From: an uncultured Chloroflexia bacterium
GTDB lineage: Bacteria > Chloroflexota > Limnocylindria > Limnocylindrales > CSP1-4
Reading direction: 5' to 3'
NCBI GenBank assembly: GCA_963719145.1
Contig: CAVRAX010000001.1
Coordinates: 263,708-327,707 of the forward strand
DNA length: 64,000 nt
Shown here: in pieces, positions 17,291 to 27,159 of the stretch
Layout of the letters: every line of letters begins with the position of its first letter
Numbering within the stretch: position 1 is the stretch's first letter
The notes under the pieces: generated by a model
Told to the model about the DNA's origin: nothing
Databases searched by the model: none
Seen by the model: the letters and a program-made list of their open reading frames with translations, nothing else
Program-made: the position numbers and the translations under genes

Positions 17291-17917
17291 ATGCGTCTCG
17301 TCAGGGCGTACGTCGGGATGGGCTCGAATCTCGGCGACTCGGCGGGGACGATGGCGGCCGCCGTGCATGGGCTCGCGGCGCTGCCGGGGGTCCGACTCCG
17401 CGGCGTCTCCCGCCTCTACGCGACGCGCCCGGTCGGCCTGACGGGGCAGCCCGAGTTCCGGAATGCCGTCGTCGCCCTGGACGTGCCGGCGGGGCCGGAC
17501 CCGGCGACAGGAGCGCTCGCTCTCCTCGTCGCCCTGAAGGGCCTCGAACGCGCCTTCGGGCGGCGCGACGGCGAGCGCTGGGGGCCACGCGAGCTCGATC
17601 TCGACCTCCTCGTCTTCGGGCGGGCCCGGCTGGCGCTGGATCGGCCGCCCGGGGCCCGATCCGTCGACCCGGGCAAGGCCGACCATCTTCTCGTCGTCCC
17701 GCACCCGGCGGCGGCGGAGCGCCTGTTCGTCCTCGCCCCGCTGGCCGACCTCGCGCCCGGCCTCGTGCCGCCAGGCTGGAAGCATACCGTCGAGTCGGTC
17801 CGCGATCGACGAGCCATGATCGACGGCCCGGACGCCGTCCGCCTGATCGGAGCCTGGGACGAGGGTGCCGGCAGGTGGGTCTCCGGCGGACGCCGGGGAG
17901 CTGAGCCGCCGCCCTAG
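17291..17917 (+). CDS. folK: 2-amino-4-hydroxy-6-hydroxymethyldihydropteridine pyrophosphokinase (HPPK)
   Basis: MRLVRAYVGMGSNLGD...RWGPRELDLDLLVFG...VVPHPAAAERLFVLAPLADLAPG, typical HPPK motifs. Confidence 0.85.
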   Translation: MRLVRAYVGMGSNLGDSAGTMAAAVHGLAALPGVRLRGVSRLYATRPVGLTGQPEFRNAVVALDVPAGPDPATGALALLVALKGLERAFGRRDGERWGPRELDLDLLVFGRARLALDRPPGARSVDPGKADHLLVVPHPAAAERLFVLAPLADLAPGLVPPGWKHTVESVRDRRAMIDGPDAVRLIGAWDEGAGRWVSGGRRGAEPPP

Positions 17918-18624
17918 CCGCGCAGCAGTCTCGGCTTCATCGACGTCTCGTCGACCCCGCCCCCGGCCCGCTCGACGCGGAACGCCCGCGACTCCGGCAT
18001 CGACGCGACGACCTCGGCCAGCGACGTCTCGCTGAACAGGAGCCCAACCCCGTCGTCCGCCGCGTAGCCCGCCGGGAGCTCGCCCGACGCGACCATCTCG
18101 TGATAGCGCGGCCGGCGGGCGGATTCGCTGTCGTAATGGGGGCAGAAGCTTCCGGGCAGGAAGGCCAGCCCGTCGCGCAGGGCGCTGAGCCCCGGGCCGA
18201 AGGAATCGGTCGTCCCGCCCTCGAACCAGCAGACGGCGCCGGCCGACGAGCCGGCCAGGATCACCCCGGCCTGCCAGGCCCGTCGCAGCGCGTCGTCGAT
18301 GCCGTGGGTTCGCCAGACCGCGAGCATGTTCGCCGTGTTGCCGCCGCCGACGTAGACGATGTCGTGCTCGGTCAGAAATCCGACGATGTCGTCGACGCGT
18401 CGGTCGAACAGGCCGAGATGCGTCGCCTGGGCCCGGCGGGCGAACCAGCCGTAGAAGGCGGCCGTGTAGCCCGGGTCGTCACCGCTGGCCGTGCCGAGGA
18501 AGCAGACTCGCGGGTAGCTCTCGCCGGTCAGGTCGAGGAGGTACTGATGGAGTGGGCCATCGACCGAGCCGGCCAGCAGGGACGCATTCCCGAAGGCCAC
18601 GATCCGTCGCTCCGAGCCGGCCAC
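17914..18624 (-). CDS. Peptidase S51 family (dipeptidase E/cyanophycinase-like)
   Basis: 236 aa: VYVGGGNTANMLAVWRTHGIDDALRRAWQAGVILAGSSAGAVCWFEGG, Ser/His motifs of S51. Confidence 0.65.
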   Translation of the reverse strand: MAGSERRIVAFGNASLLAGSVDGPLHQYLLDLTGESYPRVCFLGTASGDDPGYTAAFYGWFARRAQATHLGLFDRRVDDIVGFLTEHDIVYVGGGNTANMLAVWRTHGIDDALRRAWQAGVILAGSSAGAVCWFEGGTTDSFGPGLSALRDGLAFLPGSFCPHYDSESARRPRYHEMVASGELPAGYAADDGVGLLFSETSLAEVVASMPESRAFRVERAGGGVDETSMKPRLLRG

Positions 18625-18641
18625 CGCGACGCCGCCGCCGG

Positions 18642-19622
18642 CTAGAGTCGAACGCTCGGCGGCCGCTCGCGGTCGAACATGTGGACGGTGTCGACGAAGC
18701 GGACCGTCTTGGTCTGGTAGGCCATCACGAGCGAATGCGTCCGGGCCCCGCCGCCGAAGAAGCGGACGCCCTCGAGCAGGTCGCCGCTGGTGACGCCGGT
18801 GGCGGCGAAGACGAGATGATCGCCCGAGGCGAGGTCCTCCGTGTGGTAGACCCGGGTCTCGTCGCCATGGCCCATTCGAGCGGCCCGCTCGCGGTCCTCG
18901 GCCGACCGGAATCGGAAGCGAGCCTGGATCTCACCGCCGAGGCAACGCAGGGCCGCCGCCGTGATGACACCCTCGGGCGCTCCGCCGATCCCCATGACGG
19001 CATGGACGCCCGTCCCGGAGACGGCACAGCTGATCGCGGCCGAGAGGTCGCCGTCGGTGATCAGCTTGATCCGGGCTCCGGTGGCCCGGACCTCGCTGAT
19101 CAGCGCCTCGTGGCGCGGCCGGTCCAGGATGATGACGGTGATGTCGCCCGGCTTTCGTCGGAGGGCCTCGGCGATCCGATGGATGTTCTCCGTCGGGCTG
19201 ACGGTGATGTCGACGTGGCCGGCGACGAAGGGCCCGACGCACAGCTTCTCGAGGTAGGTGTCGGGCGCATGGACGAGGCCGCCCCGCTCGGACGCGGCCA
19301 GGACGGTGATCGCATTCGCCGAGCCCGTCGCGACGAGGTTCGTGCCCTCGAGCGGGTCGACCGCGATGTCGATCTCGGGCACTCCGCCACCGACCCCGGC
19401 CGAGCCCACCTGCTCGCCGATGTAGAGCATCGGCGCATCGTCCCGCTCGCCCTCGCCGATGACGATCGTGCCGGCCATCTCGATCTCGTCCATCGCGACC
19501 CGCATCGCCTCGGTCGCGACGAGATCCGCTTCCGTCCGATCGCCGCGGCCCATCAGCCGAGCCGACGCGATCGCCGCGGCCTCCGTGACCCGGATCATCT
19601 CGAGCGCCAACAGCTTTTCCAT
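18642..19622 (-). CDS. glpX: Fructose-1,6-bisphosphatase class II
   Basis: 326 aa: [61 protein letters not shown]...[10 protein letters not shown], typical GlpX. Confidence 0.9.
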   Translation of the reverse strand: MEKLLALEMIRVTEAAAIASARLMGRGDRTEADLVATEAMRVAMDEIEMAGTIVIGEGERDDAPMLYIGEQVGSAGVGGGVPEIDIAVDPLEGTNLVATGSANAITVLAASERGGLVHAPDTYLEKLCVGPFVAGHVDITVSPTENIHRIAEALRRKPGDITVIILDRPRHEALISEVRATGARIKLITDGDLSAAISCAVSGTGVHAVMGIGGAPEGVITAAALRCLGGEIQARFRFRSAEDRERAARMGHGDETRVYHTEDLASGDHLVFAATGVTSGDLLEGVRFFGGGARTHSLVMAYQTKTVRFVDTVHMFDRERPPSVRL

Positions 19623-19644
19623 CGCGGCTAGAACCTCCCGGTCC

Positions 19645-19740
19645 GGTCAGGCGAACGCCCGGCAAGGTGCGACCGAGCACCCGAACGAGCGCCCTCGAAC
19701 GTGCGTGAGCAAGGGAGAGGGCGCATCGCCGCGGGGAGCC
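19645..19740. repeat. Dispersed repeat, copy C (purH-glpX intergenic)
   Basis: GGTCAGGCGAACGCCCGG...GAGCGCCCTCGAACGTGCGTGAGCAAGGGAGAGGGCGCATCGCCG; shares the GGTCAG start and the CGAACGTGCGTGAGC core with copies A and B. Confidence 0.55.
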
Positions 19741-19759
19741 GCATCACCGGGCCGTACCT

Positions 19760-21307
19760 CTAGTGTCTGAAATGTCGGCGACCAGTGAACACCATCGCCA
19801 GATGGTGTCGATCCGCGACTTCGATCGCCATCTCATCGCGGATCGAGCCACCCGGCTGGATGATCGCGGTCACGCCGGCCTGGGCCGCGATCTGGATCCC
19901 GTCGGGGAATGGGAAGTAGGCGTCGCTGGCCATGACGCTGAGACGCGCTCGGTCCCCGGCCCGCCGGAGGGCGATCTCGACCGAGACCTGGCGGCTGGCC
20001 TGGCCAGCCCCGATGCCGACCGTCGCCCCGTTCCGGGCGAGCACGATCGCGTTCGAGCGGACGTGACGCACCGTCCGCCAGGCGAAGAGGAGGTCGGTCA
20101 GCTCCTCGAGCGTGGGCTTGCGCTTGGTGACGACCTGGAGCTGGCCGCGGTCGATGCCGAGGGTATCGAGCGTCTCCACGAGGAGCCCGCCGCCGACCCG
20201 CTTGAAGTCGAGGTTGGCGATGCCATAGTCGCGCATCCCCTCGGTAGGGTCCGCCGGCACGGCCAGGATCTCGAGGCCGGCCTTCTGGCCCAGGATTCCG
20301 AGCGCCGACTGGTCGTAGCCGGGGGCGACGACCGCCTCGTAGGAGTTGTCTGCGATCGCCCGCGCCGTCGCCCCGTCGAGCTCCCGGTTCACCCCGACGA
20401 TGCCCCCGAACGATGCCACGGGGTCCGTCTCGAGGGCCTTGCGATAGGCCTCGACGAGAACGTCGGCGGAGGCCACGCCGACGGGATCGGTGTGCTTGGC
20501 GATGGCGACCGTCGGGCCGGTGAAGTCCTCCGCGATGCGATAGGCGGCGTCGAGGTCGAGGAGGTTGTTGAAGGACGGTCGATCGCCCTGCAGCTGGGTG
20601 CTGTCGGCGAGGCTGCCGGAGCGATGGGTGGTCTCGCGATAGAACGCCGCGGGCTGGTGCGGGTTCTCGCCGTAGCGGAGGTCGGCGACCTTCTCGAGGA
20701 CCACGGCGAGGCGCTTCGGGAAGATCGTGCCGGAGAGCTGGTTCAGATAGGCGGCGATCTCGGCGTGGTAGGCGGCGACGGCCCCGAAGGCCTCGGCGGC
20801 GAGCTGGGCCCGGAACTCGGGGCTCACGAGACCGCGCTCCCGGAGCTCGGCGAGGATCCGCGGATAGTGCTCCGGGCTGCTGACTGCCGCGACGCCGGCG
20901 GCGTTGCGGGCGGCCGCGCCGAGCAATGCCGCCCCGCCCACGTCGATCATCTCGATGGCCTGCTCGATGCCGACGAGGCTGCGCCCGATCTCGGCGCCGA
21001 ACGGCTTGACGTTGACGACGACGATGTCGATGGTGCCGATCCCCTGGGCGGCCAGCTCCGCCAGCTGCTCGGGCTTGTCGCGTCGGGCAAGGATCCCGGC
21101 GTAGACGGCCGGGTGGAACGTCTTGACCTGCCCGCCGAGGAGGGCCGGGATGCCCGTCAGGTCCGAGACCGGAGCGGCCTCGACACCGTCGGCGTGGAGG
21201 TGCTCGCGCGTGCCGTCGGTCGCGTAGACCTCGACATCGAGACTCTGGAGATCGCGGGCAAAGGCTGTGATGCCGTCGCGCGTGGCGACCGACAGCAGGG
21301 CTCGCAA
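19760..21307 (-). CDS. purH: Bifunctional AICAR transformylase/IMP cyclohydrolase
   Basis: 515 aa; MGS-like N-terminus [20 protein letters not shown] and AICARFT motifs ([19 protein letters not shown]). Confidence 0.95.
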   Translation of the reverse strand: MRALLSVATRDGITAFARDLQSLDVEVYATDGTREHLHADGVEAAPVSDLTGIPALLGGQVKTFHPAVYAGILARRDKPEQLAELAAQGIGTIDIVVVNVKPFGAEIGRSLVGIEQAIEMIDVGGAALLGAAARNAAGVAAVSSPEHYPRILAELRERGLVSPEFRAQLAAEAFGAVAAYHAEIAAYLNQLSGTIFPKRLAVVLEKVADLRYGENPHQPAAFYRETTHRSGSLADSTQLQGDRPSFNNLLDLDAAYRIAEDFTGPTVAIAKHTDPVGVASADVLVEAYRKALETDPVASFGGIVGVNRELDGATARAIADNSYEAVVAPGYDQSALGILGQKAGLEILAVPADPTEGMRDYGIANLDFKRVGGGLLVETLDTLGIDRGQLQVVTKRKPTLEELTDLLFAWRTVRHVRSNAIVLARNGATVGIGAGQASRQVSVEIALRRAGDRARLSVMASDAYFPFPDGIQIAAQAGVTAIIQPGGSIRDEMAIEVADRHHLAMVFTGRRHFRH

Positions 21308-21434
21308 TCGCCTTCCTCCATCCGCCGTCTACCGGTCGCGCGCCAGGAGGCCGAGTATACCTGCGGCCCATGGCATACTCCACGCTCGTCCGACCCGCCG
21401 GGCACGGCGGCCCGCCGACCAACCTGGAGAGATC

Positions 21435-21863
21435 GTGACGCTCCCGCCCTGGGAATACCTCTGGCTCCCGTTCTCGCGAACCCTGTTTCCGGACCTCTAC
21501 GACCCGATCTGGATCTCGTCCCTGGTCCTGCTCGTCGTCCTGATCGTCCTCTACAACGTCCGAACCCGGGCCCTCCATCGGCACCGCCTCTACACCGACA
21601 TGTGGGAGTGGCTGCTGTGGACAGGGTTGATCACGTTCTTCCTGCTCGCCGTCGGGGCGCTGTTCCTGTTCGACTTCGCGGTCGAGCTGGTGATCCTGGC
21701 CAGTGGCCTCGGGGTCATGGTCTGGGCCCGTTTCCGGCGCTACCCGCCCCTCTTCGCGGCCTATGAGCAGCAGCTCGCCCGGCAGCGCTACCTCAGCCGG
21801 ACCCGGGCCGCTCGCCCGGAGGCGACGATCCGGTCGCGAGCGTCGCGCCGTCGGCGCCGCTGA
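21435..21863 (+). CDS. Hypothetical small membrane protein
   Basis: GTG start at 21435 (VTLPPWEY...); ~3 predicted TM helices; basic C-terminus. Confidence 0.4.
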   Translation: MTLPPWEYLWLPFSRTLFPDLYDPIWISSLVLLVVLIVLYNVRTRALHRHRLYTDMWEWLLWTGLITFFLLAVGALFLFDFAVELVILASGLGVMVWARFRRYPPLFAAYEQQLARQRYLSRTRAARPEATIRSRASRRRRR

Positions 21864-21918
21864 CGGTCCCGGGCAGGAGCCGGCCGGACGACGCGGGGCC
21901 CGGAAAGGCGAGCGGTCC

Positions 21919-22398
21919 ATGCCGATCGAGGTCCAACGCTTCGGGGTGGGCCACCGGCGCCCGGAAGGGCCGCCGGGCACGCACGGCCTGACCGGTCAGG
22001 TCATCCACTCTGACGGCCGCGGTGTCGTCTCGGAGCTGGCCTTCACCCGCGGCGGCGGGATCGCGCCCCACGCGAACCCGAACACGACCTGGTTCTGCGT
22101 CATCGAGGGCGGCGGCTGGGTGGCCGTCGGGGAGGAGCGGCGACGTGTGACCTCCGGGGAGGCGGTTCTGTGGCCGGCCGACGTCGTGCACGCTGCCTGG
22201 ACGGATCACGCCGAGATGCGGGCCATCGTCGTGGAGTTCGCGGGCGCGGACGACGCGGCCGCGCGCGCCATCCTCGATGGGGAGGCTCGGCGGCTCGGCC
22301 CGGGCGAGGCCGGCGGCGTCGCGCGCGGCGAGGGTCAGCTGGCCGACCGACCGACGGATCCCGATCGCCACGACCGGACCCAGGGCGAGCCGCTCTGA
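21919..22398 (+). CDS. Cupin-domain protein
   Basis: ATG at 21919 (MPIEVQRF); GGIAPHANPNTTWFCVIEGGGWVAV...AVLWPADVVHA, a cupin-2 signature. Confidence 0.55.
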   Translation: MPIEVQRFGVGHRRPEGPPGTHGLTGQVIHSDGRGVVSELAFTRGGGIAPHANPNTTWFCVIEGGGWVAVGEERRRVTSGEAVLWPADVVHAAWTDHAEMRAIVVEFAGADDAAARAILDGEARRLGPGEAGGVARGEGQLADRPTDPDRHDRTQGEPL

Positions 22399-22455
22399 CG
22401 CCCTCCGCCGGGCGGCGGCACCATTGCGACCGGGCTCCCGCGCCGGCCGCCCGTG

Positions 22456-23040
22456 TCAGTCGGGACCGAGGATCGCGCCGAGCTGGCCGAGGATCCGGGC
22501 GGTCGCGCCCCAGACGCGGAGGCCGCTGGTCGGATAGGCCCCAAATCGCAAGGCGTTGCCGCCGATCTCGGTCTCGACGACCTCGATGGGGGCCCCGGGG
22601 AGAAACGCCTCGAGCGGTGCCCGCACGATCGCGTCGACCTCGTCGGGCGACGGTTCCAGCTCCGGCCGACTGCTGGCGATGGCGAGGACCGGCGTAACCC
22701 GGTAGTCGGAGACGGGTATCCAGAACGTCTCCAGCTCGCCGACGACCCGGAGTCCGCAGGCCGCGGGATCGAGGCCGACCTCCTCGGCTGCTTCGCGCAG
22801 GGCCGCGGCCGCGGCGTCGCGGTCGCCGGTCTCCTGTCGGCCCCCCGGCAGGGCCACGTCGCCCGAGTGATGGCCACCACGATTGACGCGCCGAATGAGG
22901 ATGACCTCGGCGTCCGCGTCCGCGTCCGGTCGGTCCGGACCCGGGGCGATGAGGACGAGGACCGCAGCCGGACGCGCCGTCTCGGGCTCGGCGAGGATGG
23001 CCGGCCCGCGCCACTCGCCGGTGTCCAGGCGCATCGGCAT
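22456..23040 (-). CDS. NUDIX hydrolase (CoA pyrophosphatase-like)
   Basis: 194 aa; Nudix box SGDVALPGGRQETGDRDAAAAALREAAEEVGL. Confidence 0.75.
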   Translation of the reverse strand: MPMRLDTGEWRGPAILAEPETARPAAVLVLIAPGPDRPDADADAEVILIRRVNRGGHHSGDVALPGGRQETGDRDAAAAALREAAEEVGLDPAACGLRVVGELETFWIPVSDYRVTPVLAIASSRPELEPSPDEVDAIVRAPLEAFLPGAPIEVVETEIGGNALRFGAYPTSGLRVWGATARILGQLGAILGPD

Positions 23041-23108
23041 GAGCGCGGCCGGCGGCCGCGGCAGCTTCGCCGGAAGGGTCGCGAGCCGGGACGCTGCCTC
23101 GGTGTGCC

Positions 23109-25880
23109 TCAGTTGACGAGCTCTCCGTCGTCGCGCTTCCCAGGCGACGACTCGGGCAGGTCGAGGACCGAACGCCGCCGCCGCCCCCGTCCGGACCCGG
23201 CACCGACGAGGCCGCCTTCGCCGTCGGCGGCCGCGCCCGAGCGTGCGTCGCGGTGTTCCGCGGCATCGGTGACGAGGGTCTCGTCACCCGACGAGAAGAC
23301 GAGCGTCGATCCGACCGGGTCCGCGTCCGTGACGATCCGGGCGCCGGGCTGGAAGCGGCCCTCCACGAGCGCCCGGGCGAGGGGGTTCTCGACCAGCCGC
23401 TGGATCGTCCGCTTCAGTGGCCGTGCCCCGAAGGTCGGGTCGTGGCCCTCGCGGGCCACGAGGGCCCGCGCGGCGGGCGTCAGCTCGAGGACGAGGTCCT
23501 GCGTCGCCAGGCGGCGCTGGAGATCGGCCAGGAGCAGGTCCACGATCGAGGTCAGGTCCGCGTCCGTCAGGGCGTGGAAGACGATGACCTCATCGACCCG
23601 GTTGAGGAACTCCGGCCTGAACTGCTGGCGCAGGGCGTCGGTCACCTCGCGCTTCATGGCCTCATAGGCGTCGGCGTCCTCGGCTCGGCCGGCATATGAC
23701 TGGATGACCGTCGAGCCGACGTTGCTGGTCATGATCACGACGGCGTTCTTGAAGTCGACCGTCCGGCCCTGGCCGTCGGTCAGCCGGCCGTCGTCGAGGA
23801 CCTGCAGCAGGATGTTGAAGACGTCCGGGTGGGCCTTCTCGATCTCGTCGAGGAGGATCACCTGGTACGGCCGGCGGCGAACGGCCTCGGTCAGCTGGCC
23901 GCCCTCCTCGTAGCCGACGTAGCCGGGCGGCGCGCCGACGAGCCGGGAGACGCTGAACTTCTCCATGTACTCGCTCATGTCGATCCGGACCATCGCCGCC
24001 TCGTCATCGAACAGGAACGCGGCGAGCGCCCTGGCCAGCTCCGTCTTGCCGACCCCGGTCGGGCCGAGGAACAGGAACGAGCCGATCGGGCGGCGGGGAT
24101 CCTTGAGCCCGGCCCGGGCCCGGCGAACCGCGTCGGAAACGGCGGCGATCGCCTCGTCCTGGCCGACGACCCGCTCGTGAAGCCGCTCCTCCATGTGGAT
24201 GAGCTTGGCCGTCTCGCCCTCCATCAGCTTCGAGACCGGGATGCCGGTCCAGGCGCCGACGATCTCGGCGATGTCGTCCGCGGTGACCTCCTCCTTGAGC
24301 AGGGCTCCGGGGCCCTGGAGGGCGGCGATCGCCGCCTCCTGCTCGGTGAGGCGCTCCTGGAGCTCGCGCTGGGTGCCGTACTTCAGCTGGGCGGCCCGCT
24401 CATAGTCGGCCTCGCGCTCGGCCTGCTCGATCCGGACCTGGAGCTGCTCGAGCTCCGACTTCGTGGCCCGGATCGCCGAGATCGCGGTCTTCTCGGCCTC
24501 CCAGCGCTGCTTCATCGCGCCGGCCTCCTCGGCGATCTCGGCCAGCTCCTTCTCGAGGGCCTCGAGCCGGGCCTTCGAGGCATCGTCGGTCTCCTTGCGG
24601 AGGGCCTCGCGCTCGATCTCGAGCTGGATCCGGCGGCGCTCCAGCTCGTCGAGCTCGATCGGCATCGAGTCGATCTCCATCCGGAGGCGGGAAGCGGCCT
24701 CGTCGACGAGGTCGATCGCCTTGTCCGGCAGGAACCGCTCGGTGATGTAGCGATTCGAGAGGGTGGCCGCAGCCACGAGGGCCGAATCCGTGATCCGGAC
24801 GCCGTGGTGGACCTCGTATCGCTCGCGGAGGCCGCGCAGGATCGAGATCGTCTCCTCGACCGTCGGCTGGTCGACCATGACCGGCTGGAAGCGGCGCTCG
24901 AGGGCGGCGTCCTTCTCGATGTGCTTGCGGTACTCGTCGAGGGTGGTGGCCCCGATGGTGTGGAGCTCGCCGCGGGCGAGCATCGGCTTCAGGAGGTTGG
25001 AGGCATCCATCGCCCCCTCGGCCGCCCCGGCCCCGACGACGGTGTGGAGCTCGTCGATGAACAGGATGACCGTCCCCTCGCTGTCCTTGATCTCCTTGAG
25101 GACGGCCTTGAGCCGCTCCTCGAACTCGCCCCGGAACTTGGCCCCGGCGATGATCGCCCCGAGATCGAGGGCCACGACCCGCTTGTCCTTGAGGCCTTCC
25201 GGCACGTCGCCCCGGACGATCCGCTGGGCGAGGCCCTCGGCGATGGCGGTCTTGCCCACGCCAGGCTCGCCGATGAGGACGGGGTTGTTCTTCGTCCGGC
25301 GCGACAGGACTTGCATGACCCGTCGGATCTCGTCGTCCCGGCCGATCACGGGATCGAGCGTGCCGGCCCGCGCCTCGGCCGTCAGGTCGCGGCCGTACTT
25401 CTCGAGCGCCTGGTACGTGCCCTCGGGGTTCGGCGAGGTGACGCGCTGGCCGCCGCGGACCGAGGCGAGAGCGTTGAGGATGGCCTCGCGGCTGGCGCCG
25501 TGGCTGTCGAGCAGCTTCTGGCCCTCGCCGCCGACCTCGGCCGCGCCGAGGAGGAGATGCTCGGTCGAGGTGTACTCGTCGCCGAGCCGGCGGGCCTCCT
25601 CCTGGGCCCGGTCGACGACCCGCTTCGCCCGCGGGTCGAGGGTCAGGGACCCTCCCTGGATCTTTGCCCGCCGGGCGAGGGTCGCCGCCAGCTCGCCGCG
25701 GAAGGCGAGCAGGTCCACGCCGAGGCGGCGCAGCGTCTCCGCGGGCACCCCGTCATCCGGCTCGACCAGGGCGGCCAGCAGGTGCTCGGCGTCGAGCACG
25801 GGACTCTGGAGTCGCTCGGCGAGCTGCTGGGCGGCGAGGACGGTTTCCTGGGCCTTCTCGGTGAAGCGGTCGAGCTGCAT
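23109..25880 (-). CDS. clpB: ATP-dependent chaperone ClpB
   Basis: Start at [18 protein letters not shown] (ATG rc at 25878-25880). Two AAA+ modules ([30 protein letters not shown]); long M-domain coiled coil; ~60-aa acidic/Gly C-terminal extension. Confidence 0.95.
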   Translation of the reverse strand: MQLDRFTEKAQETVLAAQQLAERLQSPVLDAEHLLAALVEPDDGVPAETLRRLGVDLLAFRGELAATLARRAKIQGGSLTLDPRAKRVVDRAQEEARRLGDEYTSTEHLLLGAAEVGGEGQKLLDSHGASREAILNALASVRGGQRVTSPNPEGTYQALEKYGRDLTAEARAGTLDPVIGRDDEIRRVMQVLSRRTKNNPVLIGEPGVGKTAIAEGLAQRIVRGDVPEGLKDKRVVALDLGAIIAGAKFRGEFEERLKAVLKEIKDSEGTVILFIDELHTVVGAGAAEGAMDASNLLKPMLARGELHTIGATTLDEYRKHIEKDAALERRFQPVMVDQPTVEETISILRGLRERYEVHHGVRITDSALVAAATLSNRYITERFLPDKAIDLVDEAASRLRMEIDSMPIELDELERRRIQLEIEREALRKETDDASKARLEALEKELAEIAEEAGAMKQRWEAEKTAISAIRATKSELEQLQVRIEQAEREADYERAAQLKYGTQRELQERLTEQEAAIAALQGPGALLKEEVTADDIAEIVGAWTGIPVSKLMEGETAKLIHMEERLHERVVGQDEAIAAVSDAVRRARAGLKDPRRPIGSFLFLGPTGVGKTELARALAAFLFDDEAAMVRIDMSEYMEKFSVSRLVGAPPGYVGYEEGGQLTEAVRRRPYQVILLDEIEKAHPDVFNILLQVLDDGRLTDGQGRTVDFKNAVVIMTSNVGSTVIQSYAGRAEDADAYEAMKREVTDALRQQFRPEFLNRVDEVIVFHALTDADLTSIVDLLLADLQRRLATQDLVLELTPAARALVAREGHDPTFGARPLKRTIQRLVENPLARALVEGRFQPGARIVTDADPVGSTLVFSSGDETLVTDAAEHRDARSGAAADGEGGLVGAGSGRGRRRRSVLDLPESSPGKRDDGELVN

Positions 25881-25914
25881 GTCGGTCTCGGTCTGTTCGT
25901 CGGGTTGCCGCGGG

Positions 25915-26997
25915 TCAGGCCCGCGGGTTGGGTTGGTGGGCGAGGTCGAGGAAGCGCTCCGCTCCCTCCTTCGCCGCGTCGGACAGGCTCGTCGGCAGGA
26001 CGACCCGGATCCGGACGTAGAGATCGCCGGCATCGCCGCCCTTCAGCCGGGGCATGCCCTGGCCCGCGAGCCGGAACGTCTTCCCGTTCTGGGTCGCGGC
26101 CGGGATCGTGAGGAGGACCGTGCCCTTGAGCGTCCGGACCGGCACCTCGCCACCCAGGAGCGCCTCCCGGAGGGTAACCGGGAGCTCGCGCTCGAGGTCG
26201 GGCCCGCGACGAGTGAAGATCCGGTGGGGCTGCATCCGGATGACGACGACGAGGTCGCGCCCGTCGGGCCCCTTGCCCGACAGGCGGACCCGGCTCCCGG
26301 TGTCGACGCCCCGGGGGATCGTCACCTCCAGGCGCTTGCCGCCGATCTCGACGATCCGGCTCGTGCCGTGGAAGGCTTCTTCGAGGCCGACTTCGGCGGT
26401 CGCCTCGACCGGTGGAGCGACGCGGCTGGCAGCGCTCCGGCCGGCGGCGCTCCGTCGGGATCCGTCGCCGCGGCCCGAGGCGTCGACGCCCATGCCGGCC
26501 AGGAGATCCTCGATGGAGGTCGCGCCGCCGCTGCCGCCGGCGGTCCGGAACGTCCGCCCGCCGCGGCCGGAGTCGCCGCCGCCCTCGCCGAACATCATCC
26601 GGAAGAAGTCGCTGAACTGACCGGCGTCGCCGGTCGTGTGGAACTCGTAGCGGACGTTGCCGCCGGGGCCGCCATAGGCGGTGTAGGCCTCGAACGGTCC
26701 GCCGGGTCCGAATGGGTCGCCGGCCCGGCCTGGGCCGCTCCGGGCGGCTGCAGCACCGGCCCGCGCGTAGGCCTCCCAGTCCTTCCCGAAGCGGTCGTAC
26801 TTCGCCCGCTTCTCCGGGTCGGACAGGACCTCGTTGGCCTCGTTGATGTCCTTGAATCGCTGCTCAGCGACCTTGTCGCCGGGCTTCTTGTCCGGGTGGT
26901 GCTCGCGGGCGAGCTTCCGGAACGCCTTCTTGATGTCGGCCGCGGACGCCGTCCTCGAGACCCCGAGGGTCTCGTAGTAGTCCCGTACGTCGACCAC
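25915..26997 (-). CDS. dnaJ: DnaJ-family co-chaperone lacking the Zn-finger (CbpA/DnaJ2-like)
   Basis: J-domain [33 protein letters not shown]; Gly-rich linker; C-terminal DnaJ_C; no CxxCxGxG repeats. Confidence 0.85.
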   Translation of the reverse strand: MVDVRDYYETLGVSRTASAADIKKAFRKLAREHHPDKKPGDKVAEQRFKDINEANEVLSDPEKRAKYDRFGKDWEAYARAGAAAARSGPGRAGDPFGPGGPFEAYTAYGGPGGNVRYEFHTTGDAGQFSDFFRMMFGEGGGDSGRGGRTFRTAGGSGGATSIEDLLAGMGVDASGRGDGSRRSAAGRSAASRVAPPVEATAEVGLEEAFHGTSRIVEIGGKRLEVTIPRGVDTGSRVRLSGKGPDGRDLVVVIRMQPHRIFTRRGPDLERELPVTLREALLGGEVPVRTLKGTVLLTIPAATQNGKTFRLAGQGMPRLKGGDAGDLYVRIRVVLPTSLSDAAKEGAERFLDLAHQPNPRA

Positions 26998-27037
26998 GTT
27001 CAGGTCACTCTCGAGCTGATCGTCGCCGCTCGGGCTC

Positions 27038-27127
27038 GGTCAGCCCAAGGCGGAGTCGAGTGCGTTCGCGAGCGCACTCGAACGTGCGTGAGCGAGGTAG
27101 CGCAGGTTCCAACGCGGGCGTGGCCCG
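27038..27127. repeat. Dispersed repeat, copy B (lon-dnaJ intergenic)
   Basis: GGTCAGCCCAAGGCGGAGTCGAGTGCGTTCGCGAGCGCACTCGAACGTGCGTGAGCGAGGTAGCGCAG...TGGCCCG. Contains a perfect 8-bp stem CGAGTGCG-N8-CGCACTCG that overlaps an alternative stem CGCAC-TCGAAC-GTGCG. Confidence 0.7.
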
Positions 27128-27159
27128 CCCGGGCGGCGCCCATCGTTCTCCACCACTCC

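Noticed and set aside
15974-17441. Multiple overlapping ORFs (15974..17245 minus, 16092..17441 plus, 16567..17250 plus)
   Set aside because: Arg/Pro/Ser-rich alternative frames over the midA-like and hypothetical genes. Only the frames with methyltransferase motifs and the 16224..17255 frame were kept.
25881-27159. Second HAIR/HspR operator upstream of dnaJ or clpB
   Set aside because: No CTTGA-N11-TCAAG match. The lon-dnaJ spacer is occupied by the dispersed repeat, and its GAGT/ACTC arms are 14 bp apart rather than 7. The dnaJ-clpB gap is only 34 bp.
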